Shown piece after piece: positions 45,716-55,953 of a stretch of DNA of 64,000 nucleotides. The DNA is from a virus (taxonomy: Duplodnaviria > Caudoviricetes), in IMG/VR virus record IMGVR_UViG_3300031088_000782, positions 1 to 64,000 of that record; one strand, 5' to 3'. The translations under genes were made by a program, and so were the position numbers. The stretch's first letter is position 1. The number at the start of each line of letters is the position of its first letter. The notes beneath the pieces are model-generated. The model saw only the letters and a list, made by a program, of their open reading frames with translations, ran no database searches and was not told the DNA's origin.

Positions 45716-48700
45716 TTGATGAGTAAAAGACTTGATTCTTCTTATATAGAGAATGAGAATAAAATAAATGCCGCTATGGTGAATAACCGAAAGGCTCCTT
45801 TTGCTGTCGCAATTTCAGCATCTCTTGCTTTTGCTGTACTTATGATGATGTTCCAACCATTCTTAATGACTTTATTCAAAAATGATTCTACAACACAAAA
45901 CAACAGTATAGTAACAACTAACTCTACTCTTGCTGAAGCCGGTGAACCAGGATGGTTCTGCAGTGATAAATTCGGCGGAGGAATGAATTCTAAATCAACT
46001 TGGGAAGGCCCATTAGACATTAAAGTATATCCTGAAAAGGGAAGCCGAGAGGTCACTATTCAAGAAGCTTTAGGTGCTGGTTTAGCATTTGTCACTTATG
46101 ACGGCGAAGGCGAAGCCAAAGATCGCATGTTTGTTAAGGGAAAAGAAAAACCAAAACCTGGTGATAAAGTTTTCGGCAGCAGTGAAGCTAAATTTGACAA
46201 ACTCTTTGAAAAGAATAAATCAAAATTAGAAAAGGAAAGAACTCTTGGTAAATGTTTGGGCGGAGTCTTTGTTCCTAACATAGCAAATGCTGTTATGTGG
46301 GTTTCAAGTAGTGTGACAAAAATTGCTCAGTTTACAGCTGTTATGGTATTCAACGGTAATTTGATCTGCGAAAAACCAGGTAAGGGTGGAGCGTGTTTGG
46401 ATCTTATCGGAATTATTGGTGGTAAAGGTTCAAGTGACGGAGGAATTATTGGTGTTCTTACATCAAGCATCTACTACCCTCTGTTGATTATAGCTGTAGC
46501 GATCACAGGTTTGTGGGTCTTGAAGAGAGGTCTTGTTGACAGGAAGCTTCGAGAATCCTTATTTGGCGCATTATGGATGTGCTTGTCGGTGATTATAGGT
46601 CTTGCATTGTTGTTGAATCCACTTCTTATCACTAAAGCTCCAATGGCTGTTTCAAATGTCGTTTCAACATGTGTTATTGGGGCTTTTAATGGTAAAAACT
46701 GTTTTGACTCAAGCGGTGGAAATTCTGTCAAATATGAAGATGGAGATTCAACTTCTGAAAAAGTTTGCCGAAGCAGTTCAGATCAGGCAAGTATTAATGA
46801 ACAAATGACATTCACTACTTCATCTATTACTTGTAGTATTTGGCGAGCATTCATTCTTGAGCCATATGCACAGGGTTCTTTTGGAACTTCATTCAATGAT
46901 CTTGATGTCAAAGCTAATCCACAATTGAATAAATTGATTAAAGATCAGGGGCTTGATCCTAACATTTTCTGTGTTAATCTTGCAACTACAAAATCTTTGG
47001 ATTCTATGAATGGTAAATACATTCAATTGAATAGTACCAAAAACAAGGTATGCAACCTTGCAGCTTACCAAATGTATTTGAAGACACAAGCAACAACAAG
47101 TGGCGATAAGAACGTCTCTGATGTGGATTACAAATGGTACAGAGTTATCATGGTAGCAGCTGCTGATGAGGGATTGTGGGCTAACTGGACTAACACAGCA
47201 GGATCTGCATTCAATAAAATGACAGTTTCAAGCATTTCTCTGTTTGCATCAGGATTGGGAACATTTATTATTTTCATTACATCAATTTTTGCTCTTGTTT
47301 ATTACATTTCCTCAATCCTACTTATGGCTTTTGCTCCAGTATTCTTCTTAATGGGTGTTCATCCCGGTAGAGGAAAGAGGATTCTTTTGGGATGGCTTGA
47401 AAAAGTTATTTCAAATGTTCTGAAATATATGGCTTCTGCGGTGTTCCTTATTGTTACTATCTCGATTTATGGTGGAATTCTGTCATCTATCAGCAATATT
47501 GGATTAACTTTGATTTTCATTATCATCGTTACTATGGCTTTGTTTATGTATCGCTCTGAACTTATTGATTTAATAGGAAGGGCAAATATGGGAGGAGAGA
47601 AGATTTCTAGCTCTCTTTCTGAGAAGCTTGGTAACTCCACTAAGGGTGCCTTGAAGTTTGCTGGTTCAACTGCGGTTGCTGGAGCTGGTGGTGTTGCTGG
47701 CGCAGCTTTGACAAGCGATGGAATGAAGGTTAGCAATCCATTCAAGAAGGGTGGGTTCGAAGAACTTAGGAAAAACAGCAGTGAGCTTCGAAAAGACATG
47801 TCTGCTGGCTTTAAAGATGGTATTAAACGTGAAACTAAGCGTAATCCAGGATTCATTGGAAATGTTGCTCGACAATATGACCGTAACACTGTTGACAACA
47901 AGCAAGACTTGAGAAGCAAGAGGGATCGTGCTGCTGAAGCTGAAGAAGCTGCGGAGAAAGCATATAATGAGAAACGTGATGATTACCAAGAAGTCTTGGA
48001 CAGACAATCCAAGTTCAATTTTGACTCTAATGCGGATAAAGCAGATTTGAAATCTCTTGAAGACAGCCATGAGAACATTAAGAATGTAGAGAATAAAACC
48101 CTTAATGATTTCAGGGGCAAGGCTGACAGAAATTATGCTCAAGAAAAACAAAGAATTGACAGATCTGATATGCTTGATGAAGACAGAATAAAACATCTTA
48201 ACAATATTGCTATCCAAAGAGATGAAAGCCATAATTTTGCTCAACTTCAAGAATTAGTCAACGCTATGCGAGACAATAAGATTCAACTTGACGTAGCAGT
48301 TCGAACAGGTAATGTTGATGAGCAGAATAGACTTAAATCTGAAATTAATTCTCAACAAAGTCAAGCAGGTGAGCTTCGTTCAAAGATTTCTGAAAGAAAT
48401 TACAACCGATTCACAAGAGAATATGGTAATGCCATGAACACTCAAAGAGACATTGGTGCTATTGACACTCTTGATGATGATATGAAGAACGATTTGGCAA
48501 CAAAGAGAGCAGCAGCTTTAACTTACGAAGATAGACGCAATGAAATTGCTCAACAGCTTAACTACGCAGAAAATGAGTTGTCTGAAGCTGAGGCAAGACT
48601 TGACAAAGAGAGTCTAGCTAGCAAGCTATATGATGAAAAGTATATTGGTCATCGTCCAGGTGAGGGATTGAACGACAAGAAAGTCAACAAGATTGAAAAA

Positions 48701-49360
48701 GAGCTGAAGCAACATCAGAATGTCTATAATGACAGAAGGGATAGAGAAATTGCTGCGAATCAAGAAAAGTATGAGAAAACTGTGAATGGAGAAAATGAAT
48801 CACAATCATCTAATTCTTCATCTGGTTCATCAAGAGGGTCGAACAATGAAAACTATTTTGATAAAAATGATGTTGATTTAGTCGAAAAACAGGATATTCG
48901 TCAAATTGTGACTCCACCTAAACCTAGTTCTTCTCCGACAAACCATTTGCCAGATAAGCCTAGCTCTGCTCCAACTAATCATATTCCAAATAAGCCGACT
49001 AAAGCACCAACTAATCATTTGCCACCTAAACCTACTAAGGAACCGGACGCACATAAAATTCCACCTAAGCCTACTAACTTACCTTCTGCTCCAAGAGGGC
49101 AAGATGCAGATAACGTTAGAAGGGCTGAAGCCAGAATTAATAAGGATGACAGTTTTTCAAGAAAAGACAGCAGTAAATCCAACTTTGAAAACAAATTGTC
49201 AAACAAAGAAAACGACAAAGGCAGCGGTAAAGGCGGAAATGGAAACAGGGGAAGCAATTCGTTAGCAGATATTGCCAAACGAAGAGAAGAGATTAGAAAT
49301 AAAAATAACCCCAGTTCCCGACCTGATGACAATGGTAGCGGAAACGGGAATAAGTTCTGA
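45716..49360 (+). CDS. VirB6-like (TcpH/ConG-type) polytopic T4SS membrane protein with coiled-coil and Pro-rich tail
   Basis: Multiple TMs, FAPVFFLMGVHPGRGKRILLGWL, long charged C-terminus; position upstream of the VirB1-like hydrolase. Confidence 0.75.
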   Translation: MMSKRLDSSYIENENKINAAMVNNRKAPFAVAISASLAFAVLMMMFQPFLMTLFKNDSTTQNNSIVTTNSTLAEAGEPGWFCSDKFGGGMNSKSTWEGPLDIKVYPEKGSREVTIQEALGAGLAFVTYDGEGEAKDRMFVKGKEKPKPGDKVFGSSEAKFDKLFEKNKSKLEKERTLGKCLGGVFVPNIANAVMWVSSSVTKIAQFTAVMVFNGNLICEKPGKGGACLDLIGIIGGKGSSDGGIIGVLTSSIYYPLLIIAVAITGLWVLKRGLVDRKLRESLFGALWMCLSVIIGLALLLNPLLITKAPMAVSNVVSTCVIGAFNGKNCFDSSGGNSVKYEDGDSTSEKVCRSSSDQASINEQMTFTTSSITCSIWRAFILEPYAQGSFGTSFNDLDVKANPQLNKLIKDQGLDPNIFCVNLATTKSLDSMNGKYIQLNSTKNKVCNLAAYQMYLKTQATTSGDKNVSDVDYKWYRVIMVAAADEGLWANWTNTAGSAFNKMTVSSISLFASGLGTFIIFITSIFALVYYISSILLMAFAPVFFLMGVHPGRGKRILLGWLEKVISNVLKYMASAVFLIVTISIYGGILSSISNIGLTLIFIIIVTMALFMYRSELIDLIGRANMGGEKISSSLSEKLGNSTKGALKFAGSTAVAGAGGVAGAALTSDGMKVSNPFKKGGFEELRKNSSELRKDMSAGFKDGIKRETKRNPGFIGNVARQYDRNTVDNKQDLRSKRDRAAEAEEAAEKAYNEKRDDYQEVLDRQSKFNFDSNADKADLKSLEDSHENIKNVENKTLNDFRGKADRNYAQEKQRIDRSDMLDEDRIKHLNNIAIQRDESHNFAQLQELVNAMRDNKIQLDVAVRTGNVDEQNRLKSEINSQQSQAGELRSKISERNYNRFTREYGNAMNTQRDIGAIDTLDDDMKNDLATKRAAALTYEDRRNEIAQQLNYAENELSEAEARLDKESLASKLYDEKYIGHRPGEGLNDKKVNKIEKELKQHQNVYNDRRDREIAANQEKYEKTVNGENESQSSNSSSGSSRGSNNENYFDKNDVDLVEKQDIRQIVTPPKPSSSPTNHLPDKPSSAPTNHIPNKPTKAPTNHLPPKPTKEPDAHKIPPKPTNLPSAPRGQDADNVRRAEARINKDDSFSRKDSSKSNFENKLSNKENDKGSGKGGNGNRGSNSLADIAKRREEIRNKNNPSSRPDDNGSGNGNKF
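48912..49090 (+). repeat. Imperfect 33-bp (11-aa) Pro/Thr coding repeats
   Basis: PPKPSSSPTNH LPDKPSSAPTNH IPNKPTKAPTNH LPPKPTKEP... Confidence 0.7.
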
Positions 49361-49433
49361 AAGATGATTGAATTTTGAAAAATATTATTAAGATTAAACA
49401 ATCATCTTTCAGAACACAAAACAAGGAGTAAAA

Positions 49434-51128
49434 ATGGCGGAAGAAAAGCCTACTGGACAGGGTCAAGGGAACGAATCATCTAAAAATAATGATAACACTA
49501 ATAAGCAACCCCAAAGTGGCTCTCCTTCTGCTAAAAACAACAATCCAAATGGCACAAATGGCTCTGAGGGCAACATAAAGGCACCAAGAAACGCTTTTGA
49601 TGTAGCTAAACAAGCAACATCAGATCCGGCAGACGAAAAAGGCTCAGAGGGGCAAAAAGGGAAAACTGACATATCTAAAAATATGAAAACAACAGCAGAC
49701 ATTGCTAAAGATCCTAAAAAGGGATTAACAAATGCTGTTAAAGATAAAGGTATGGAAGTTGCTAAAAAAGCGGGCCAAGGAGCAGCTCCCGAAAGCGTTC
49801 AAAAGGGTATGGAAGTCGCTCAAAAAGCTACAGACATTGCCATGAAAGCGAAAAGCGCTTTTCTTGCAACAAAAGGTGGTATTGCTATTTTCGCCGCAAC
49901 AGTAGCGGATCCTATTTTCTGGATTATCGTTCTTGTCATTCTTGTTATTATTATTTTGATTATTGGCATTGTAGGAACTGTTCAAGTTGTCGGCAGAACC
50001 GAAAATGGTGATGGCTGTGGCGTGGCTGGAGATAGTGGTGATGGAGTTGAAGCAAAAGATACGGGAAATTGGCTTGAAAACGCAAGTTCAGCCGCTAATT
50101 GGATGATGTCTACGAAGTTCAAATTCTTAGGCGACAAACCTATGACTTTGAATCAAGCTGCTGGCATTATTGGTAACTGGTCACAAGAATCTCGTGTCAG
50201 TCCAAAAATTGTGCAAGGTGGATCTGGGTTGTCTACCGATATGTCAAACGAAGCTCTTATGGGAGTCAGCGGCGGCGGAAAAGCTGTTGGACTGGCACAA
50301 TGGGATGGAGGACGTAGAACAAATTTGGCAAAGTTTGCGAAAAGTCAGGGAAAACACTGGACTGAAATGACTGTTCAACTTGAATTCTTCAAAACTGAAC
50401 TTGAAGGATACGAAGGTTCAAGTCTTGTTGCCGGAGGATTTAATGACCCATCCAAATCAGCTAAAGATTTAGTGCTGATTTTCGAAGAGAAGTTTGAGCG
50501 TGCTGGAAAACCTGCTATGGAAAATCGTTATAAGGGAGCTGAAGATTTCTTGGCTAACTTCAAAGGTGGAGGAAATTACAGCGAAGACACAGGAGGAAGT
50601 TGCCTTACCGCTGGTGAAGGAGATGTTGATACTTCAGATTTGGTAAACCTTGCTATTTCACTCTCCTATCCGACATCTGCAGAATCAAAAGTTGGACCTG
50701 GTGATTCTTATGGACAAAAGAAAGCAAAACCTGAATATAAGTCTGCAAAAGCCGAAGCCGAAAAGGTTGGCGGTAAAGACGGTATGGCTCTTTATGCATC
50801 ATGCGACCGTTTTGTTGCTACTGTGATAAAGCTAACTACAGATAAAGACATTCCTTGGGGATCAACAGCAGAACAAGGAACTTATCTGAAAAATAGCCCT
50901 AAATGGAAGCAATACACAAAGAAATCAGATGCTAAACCTGGCGATATTTGGATTACAAAAACACGAGGACACGTTATTCTTTATTTAGGAAACGTTAAAG
51001 GTAGAGATACCATTGCTCACGCTTCTTATCTTTCTCGTGTGGCTGCTTTGGGTGATGCTAATTATCTTTCAGCTAATCTTGTTGATACTGGTGGTAGAGC
51101 ATATTACGGATATACTTTTGTAGGATAA
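49434..51128 (+). CDS. Conjugative peptidoglycan hydrolase (VirB1/CwlT-like): phage-tail-lysozyme domain + NlpC/P60-like amidase
   Basis: AAGIIGNWSQES, GLAQWDGGR, FERAG; C-terminal SCDRFV...KPGDI...GHV. Confidence 0.85.
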   Translation: MAEEKPTGQGQGNESSKNNDNTNKQPQSGSPSAKNNNPNGTNGSEGNIKAPRNAFDVAKQATSDPADEKGSEGQKGKTDISKNMKTTADIAKDPKKGLTNAVKDKGMEVAKKAGQGAAPESVQKGMEVAQKATDIAMKAKSAFLATKGGIAIFAATVADPIFWIIVLVILVIIILIIGIVGTVQVVGRTENGDGCGVAGDSGDGVEAKDTGNWLENASSAANWMMSTKFKFLGDKPMTLNQAAGIIGNWSQESRVSPKIVQGGSGLSTDMSNEALMGVSGGGKAVGLAQWDGGRRTNLAKFAKSQGKHWTEMTVQLEFFKTELEGYEGSSLVAGGFNDPSKSAKDLVLIFEEKFERAGKPAMENRYKGAEDFLANFKGGGNYSEDTGGSCLTAGEGDVDTSDLVNLAISLSYPTSAESKVGPGDSYGQKKAKPEYKSAKAEAEKVGGKDGMALYASCDRFVATVIKLTTDKDIPWGSTAEQGTYLKNSPKWKQYTKKSDAKPGDIWITKTRGHVILYLGNVKGRDTIAHASYLSRVAALGDANYLSANLVDTGGRAYYGYTFVG

Positions 51129-51180
51129 TTTTGATTTTTGATATAATTAAAATTATTAAGCAAAAAGTCAAGGGGAAAAA

Positions 51181-52002
51181 ATGGAAAATGATGAAATTAA
51201 TAGCAAAACAGAAAAAAAGCGAATGATAATGCTTATTGCTGGCATTTTCGCTGTTCTTGCTGTTGTTTTAAGTCTTGCATTTGCGTTCATTCCTGATAAT
51301 TCTGACCAAGAAGAGGATATAAAAAGCGAAGTCGTTGTCTCTAAAGAAGATCAACTTATAATAGAAGAACTCTCTTCTTCTATTATGGAAGATATAGGAA
51401 ATTTTGGGGTTGTCACTGACTCTCTCACAGCTGAAAACGCTTTAGATGTTGAATACATTATTGCGCAAACTCCTAATAGCGGAGGAGAGTTTTATACTTC
51501 CAGAAAAAATTCTTATGACAAGATAAGAGAAGACATTCTTAAAGGCTCTCCTATTGATTACTCACCGAAAGTCGCTTCTGAGTGGATTAACGAATCTGAA
51601 ACAGATGGGCTTATTTCCTATGAAATGATTTCTCAAAATTCAACTGCTGTTGAAAAAGGAAGTTATTTGAATTTTAACGGGACAGATGAAGCAGCTGCTT
51701 ATGTTGATGTTAATTTCACCAGTAAAGAAACTATTAGACAAGCTACAGCGGATGATTCAAGTTGGGATGGAAGTTATGACATTCTTGAAAAAACTTTTCC
51801 AAACAATACTTTGCGCATGACGTTTCTCAAAGATGCTAACAATGAATGGAAATTATATTCTTTGATTAATTTGGAAAACAAGTTCCTTTTGTCTACTTGG
51901 GAAACTCCTTCATCTTTTGATACTTATGCAACAACACAATATGATTTCAAAAAAGTCGGAAAGCTTAACAGAGAAAAACCACTTTCTCCGCCTGAAGATT
52001 GA
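51181..52002 (+). CDS. Membrane-anchored hypothetical protein (transfer region)
   Basis: N-terminal TM; GGGG RBS. Confidence 0.75.
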   Translation: MENDEINSKTEKKRMIMLIAGIFAVLAVVLSLAFAFIPDNSDQEEDIKSEVVVSKEDQLIIEELSSSIMEDIGNFGVVTDSLTAENALDVEYIIAQTPNSGGEFYTSRKNSYDKIREDILKGSPIDYSPKVASEWINESETDGLISYEMISQNSTAVEKGSYLNFNGTDEAAAYVDVNFTSKETIRQATADDSSWDGSYDILEKTFPNNTLRMTFLKDANNEWKLYSLINLENKFLLSTWETPSSFDTYATTQYDFKKVGKLNREKPLSPPED

Positions 52003-52128
52003 TTATATATTATTTTTAAATTTTGGTCAGTAGTCGATATTTTCAGTAGATGAAATATTGAATTGGTATTTTTGAGTAAATTTTTGGTAATATTCTAGAA
52101 TAGGTATTTCTTAGAGAAGGATTTGATT

Positions 52129-52923
52129 GTGGCAGATGAGAAAGAAACCGTTGAGAACAACAATAGCATAGATGACATTATTGATTCTGTAGTGGATGAA
52201 GTAGAAAATTCAGAAGATAATTCTAATTCTGTTATAAGTGTATCTGATGACAATAATGTTGATGATAACAATTCTGACGAACCAAAAACTACTGAAGAAG
52301 AAAATGATGAGTCAAAAAGCTTAGATGAAGAGACTATTGATGATCTTTCTGTTGATGATAATTTGTCAAAGGTTAATGAAGAGAATGAAAAAATTTTGGA
52401 AAGTGACACTACCGAATCTGAATTAGATAATTTTGACGAAAAATTTGCATCTGAAGTCAATAGAGATTATTTCGATGATGATGAAGAGTTTCTTGCTGGT
52501 GATGATGCAGAAATTTATGACGAAGATGCTCTTTCTATGTTTCAGCAATCAGATAAAGTTGTTTCAGTTGAGGTTTTGAATCTTTACACACCAGAGGGGA
52601 ATTTGAGAAATCGTTTGTCTTTAAGATCGGATCCCCCTATTCTTGAAATTAAAAGCAACGATGGTCAGACTGCTCAATTCATTTTGACAAAGAATTTTTC
52701 CTATGGACTGTTAGGAAAAATTGATGATGCATATAGTGCTTATTTCGGAATTCAGTCTAAGACTTCAAAGAATAAGAAAAAGATAAAAGACAAAGAAGAA
52801 GATGAAAAATTGACTTTTCAAGATAGAGTGAATAACGGTTTGAATTGGATGCAGGATAATAAAGGAAAAACCTTTATGGGTATTATTATTGTGTTTTTGG
52901 TTATTTTCGGACTGGTCTTCTGA
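52129..52923 (+). CDS. Acidic protein with C-terminal TM anchor
   Basis: D/E/N-rich N-terminal half; terminal hydrophobic helix. Confidence 0.7.
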   Translation: MADEKETVENNNSIDDIIDSVVDEVENSEDNSNSVISVSDDNNVDDNNSDEPKTTEEENDESKSLDEETIDDLSVDDNLSKVNEENEKILESDTTESELDNFDEKFASEVNRDYFDDDEEFLAGDDAEIYDEDALSMFQQSDKVVSVEVLNLYTPEGNLRNRLSLRSDPPILEIKSNDGQTAQFILTKNFSYGLLGKIDDAYSAYFGIQSKTSKNKKKIKDKEEDEKLTFQDRVNNGLNWMQDNKGKTFMGIIIVFLVIFGLVF

Positions 52924-52968
52924 TATATATAATGGTATTTAAAATAGGCTTAAATGGAAGGTTTATTA

Positions 52969-53595
52969 ATGGCTGTTTTCAACAAAAAACCAAAGAAGGC
53001 TGTTAAGCCTAAAAGTCGCTCTCCACAAATAAGGGTGACTCATAAGGCGTATACTAAAATTGTTTTCAAAAGATTGGTGAAAGTCTGTTCGGTTGTCGTT
53101 ATCCTTCTTATGGGGCTGTATGTAGTTTTTGCGGCGACATTGCTGAGAGCTGTTCCTACTACGAACATCGGATTTGTCCCGGTTAAGAATGTTACATATA
53201 GTGGGGGTATTGTCCCTAAAGATGCACAGGTTCTTGTCAATATGGATAAGAAACAAGGGATAGAATTTATGGATAGATTGAAGCAGAGTTTTGTTCCTAC
53301 TTCTGATGCAGCTATTATACAGGTTGTTGCAGGGCCATACGGAAAAATGCATTGGACCGAACCTGATATTCTCAGTGTTGATGGATACCCTACAAATGTT
53401 TCTCTTGCACCTGAAGAAGGGGAAAAATCTCCTTTGGAAAGCAGAGAAAGTGAATATCTTGAAGATGAGTATTTGGCAATTTGCGTTAAGGGTGCCTGCG
53501 GTGAAGCTGGAAGCGGACTGATTATATCTAAAGATAATATTATGGGATCGCCTTTGAGTAAAGAAACCGTTGATAAAGTAGTAGCGGGAGAATAA
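52969..53595 (+). CDS. Membrane-anchored protein, possibly degenerate S26 signal-peptidase-like fold
   Basis: TM followed by a beta-rich domain ending IISKDNIMG; catalytic S/K not recognised. Confidence 0.4.
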   Translation: MAVFNKKPKKAVKPKSRSPQIRVTHKAYTKIVFKRLVKVCSVVVILLMGLYVVFAATLLRAVPTTNIGFVPVKNVTYSGGIVPKDAQVLVNMDKKQGIEFMDRLKQSFVPTSDAAIIQVVAGPYGKMHWTEPDILSVDGYPTNVSLAPEEGEKSPLESRESEYLEDEYLAICVKGACGEAGSGLIISKDNIMGSPLSKETVDKVVAGE

Positions 53596-53837
53596 TGGGT
53601 AAAATGTTTGATGACTTCGATCAAGTCAAAAAGATGAAAGATCCAGAAGCAAGACAAGTAGAAGATCTGAAAAGGTCAAAGAAGAAGCTTCGTGGATACA
53701 GAAAGCAGAGCAGTTCTGTCAGTATGAAAGCTGTTAATTTCAGCTTGATTGTTGTAAGTATTGTTGCAGGTCTTGCAGTTGCAGGAGTAGTAGCATATGG
53801 AGTTTATTTTGGTATTCAACTGTATTTAAACGGTTGA
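53595..53837 (+). CDS. Small membrane protein
   Basis: TAATG coupling; C-terminal TM. Confidence 0.7.
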   Translation: MGKMFDDFDQVKKMKDPEARQVEDLKRSKKKLRGYRKQSSSVSMKAVNFSLIVVSIVAGLAVAGVVAYGVYFGIQLYLNG

Positions 53838-53852
53838 TCAGATAGGAGTAAA

Positions 53853-54341
53853 ATGACTAGGTCTTTCCTAGAGTTGCTATCAGATCTTCGTGTAGCTGAA
53901 ACTCATGATGAAATAGAAAGTTTAACGAATTCTTTGAGTGAAATCCTTGAAGAAGATGATAAGCACGCCAATTTTTTCCTATATTCAATGTTCAAAGAGA
54001 TAGCTGAAAGTGCATCTTCGAAAAGTTTTTCTTCCGCAGCTAACAGTGAATTTTATACAGTGAAAATAAATTCATACATTGATGATGAAGATGAAATGTT
54101 TAGAACTAAAATATTTGTCAACATGGCTTTCTTGCAAGATAACGGAAATCATGAAGATAATCTTGATGAAAAGATTTTAGATACTATTATTGAATATTTA
54201 AAAAAGAACAATTTAAACATACTGGTAAATGATATTTCAGTAAATACTGTACAATTCAGAAATGGAAAAAAGTTTGAATTAGATTCTTATAGGGGGAAAC
54301 ATGTTTTTCAAGAAGAAGAAACAAGCGGAGGAGAAATCTGA
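53853..54341 (+). CDS. Hypothetical protein
   Basis: AGGAG RBS. Confidence 0.7.
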   Translation: MTRSFLELLSDLRVAETHDEIESLTNSLSEILEEDDKHANFFLYSMFKEIAESASSKSFSSAANSEFYTVKINSYIDDEDEMFRTKIFVNMAFLQDNGNHEDNLDEKILDTIIEYLKKNNLNILVNDISVNTVQFRNGKKFELDSYRGKHVFQEEETSGGEI

Positions 54342-54729
54342 TTCTCGCTTCCTTCCAAAAGCAGATATTAGTGATTTCGTGCCTCCTGTTGACCCAGCGA
54401 TTGAGCGGATAAATAATTCTGATGCTAATGTTCTAAAAAGTTTACAAAGTGAGCTTGTCAAATCTGGAGTTGTTGATGACAATACAGATAAAGTAGATCA
54501 TGGAACGCAAAAAATTGATGAATTGTTAAATATTATGAAAGATGCTAATAATAACGCGAAAAGCGAAAAAGATTTTAATAGCGAATTTTATGATGCTGAT
54601 GTTGATTTGTATTTTGATAATGATGAAGAATTAAGAAGCCGAAGTGATTTTGATAATCCTGTCCTAGATGGAGTTGACGATTATGGAAATCAGGTGTATG
54701 ATGATAGTAGAAATAAAAGGTTCATCTAA
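54301..54729 (+). CDS. Hypothetical acidic protein
   Basis: GGGG RBS; 41-bp overlap with the previous gene. Confidence 0.6.
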   Translation: MFFKKKKQAEEKSDSRFLPKADISDFVPPVDPAIERINNSDANVLKSLQSELVKSGVVDDNTDKVDHGTQKIDELLNIMKDANNNAKSEKDFNSEFYDADVDLYFDNDEELRSRSDFDNPVLDGVDDYGNQVYDDSRNKRFI

Positions 54730-54922
54730 ATTATTATTCTACTGAAAGAAGTAATTTTATATTAATTTTCAATCACGATAATTAAATATAAATTGTTATA
54801 AAAAACTTCATTTTTCGGGAATGTTTGCATTGATGCTTGAGTTACAATAAAGCATGTGCTTATTCTCGAAAGTGGAGTTAGCGGCATTTGTAAGTAAAAG
54901 TATAAGATTAGTGAGGAAAAAT

Positions 54923-55837
54923 ATGAGCAAAGACAAGCATTTGGACAAAGAAGAAGAGCTGCGTTTAGGGTTTCTGATTCAAGATATGCTAAAATCTCGG
55001 GAAATATTGAAAAATAACGAGTTTGAGTTGACAGAGAATGAAGTGTCCATTATTAAAGATAAAATCATCCTGGGAGAGAACGCAGTCGCAAAATTAGTTG
55101 AAGCTTATACAGGATTAGTTCATAATAAAGCAAGAATCTTCAAATCAAAGTATCCAGGTGCACCCGATCTTGATGACATTATTCAAGATGGTATGGCAGG
55201 ATTGCTGAATGGTATTTATCATTATGATCCAACACGCGGAAATAAAGTTTCTACAGTAGTTTCATATTGGATTTTTCAGTCCATTACCCGCTGGACAAAC
55301 AAAACCGGAAGATTAGTTAGACTTCCAGAAAATCGCGTCTCGGATTTTAGTAAAATTTCAGAAATGAGAGCCTCCCTTGACTTCAAAGGCTACACCCCCA
55401 AAGAAGCTGATGAAAAAATTATGAAAGATCTTAACCTTTCTGAAGAAGATCTTTATTACATTACGAATGCCGCGTCTACCCCAGCAAGTTTGAACAAAGT
55501 CGTTTCTTCCGATGAGTCTACAACAAAAGAGCTTATGGATATTGTGACAGAAGATCAAACCTCTGAATCATCCGAAGATCTTGTGATGAAGAATGCCGTT
55601 TATGACATTCTTTCTGACTGTTTCGAAGATCTGAGCGAACTTCAGGTTGATACTGTTGCGTCTACATTCATGTTAGACGGATTTGAAAGCGGACAAATGA
55701 ATGCCAAACAAGTTCGAGAAAAGCATGGTGTATCCCCCACAAAATTTAAAAAACAACTTGGGGAAGCATTGAAGATAATTAAGGTGAGACTTGATGAAAT
55801 TGGAATTAGTTATCAAGACTTTTTTGAGCACAGTTGA
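54923..55837 (+). CDS. RNA polymerase sigma-70 family factor (RpoD-like regions 1.2-3, divergent region 4)
   Basis: LDKEEELRL, DIIQDGMAGLLNGIYHYDPTRGNKVSTVVSYWIFQSITR, RLVRLP, SLNKVV; GAGG RBS before ATG 54923. Confidence 0.9.
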   Translation: MSKDKHLDKEEELRLGFLIQDMLKSREILKNNEFELTENEVSIIKDKIILGENAVAKLVEAYTGLVHNKARIFKSKYPGAPDLDDIIQDGMAGLLNGIYHYDPTRGNKVSTVVSYWIFQSITRWTNKTGRLVRLPENRVSDFSKISEMRASLDFKGYTPKEADEKIMKDLNLSEEDLYYITNAASTPASLNKVVSSDESTTKELMDIVTEDQTSESSEDLVMKNAVYDILSDCFEDLSELQVDTVASTFMLDGFESGQMNAKQVREKHGVSPTKFKKQLGEALKIIKVRLDEIGISYQDFFEHS

Positions 55838-55870
55838 TCTTGAATAATAATTAAATATAGAATGATCAAT

Positions 55871-55919
55871 AAAAGAACCTGCTTTGTTATAATAATATTT
55901 GTAACCAGCAGGTTCTTTT
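55871..55919 (+). terminator. Hairpin/terminator after the sigma gene
   Basis: AAAAGAACCTGCT / AGCAGGTTCTTTT with 23-nt loop containing TATAAT. Confidence 0.65.
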
Positions 55920-55953
55920 ATTTTTTCGATTTGATTTTAGGTAGAATACGAAC

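Noticed and set aside
47467-48250. Long minus-strand ORFs (150 and 194 aa) inside the VirB6-like gene, and similar shadow ORFs (e.g. 17864-18454, 53040-53657, 2803-3072, 5326-5658)
   Set aside because: They are antisense to well-supported genes, lack an RBS and recognisable motifs, and are expected from stop-poor reverse frames of biased codon usage.
52969-53595. Active signal peptidase I
   Set aside because: Only the topology and C-terminal pattern resemble S26; the catalytic Ser/Lys boxes (SGSM, KR) are not present.
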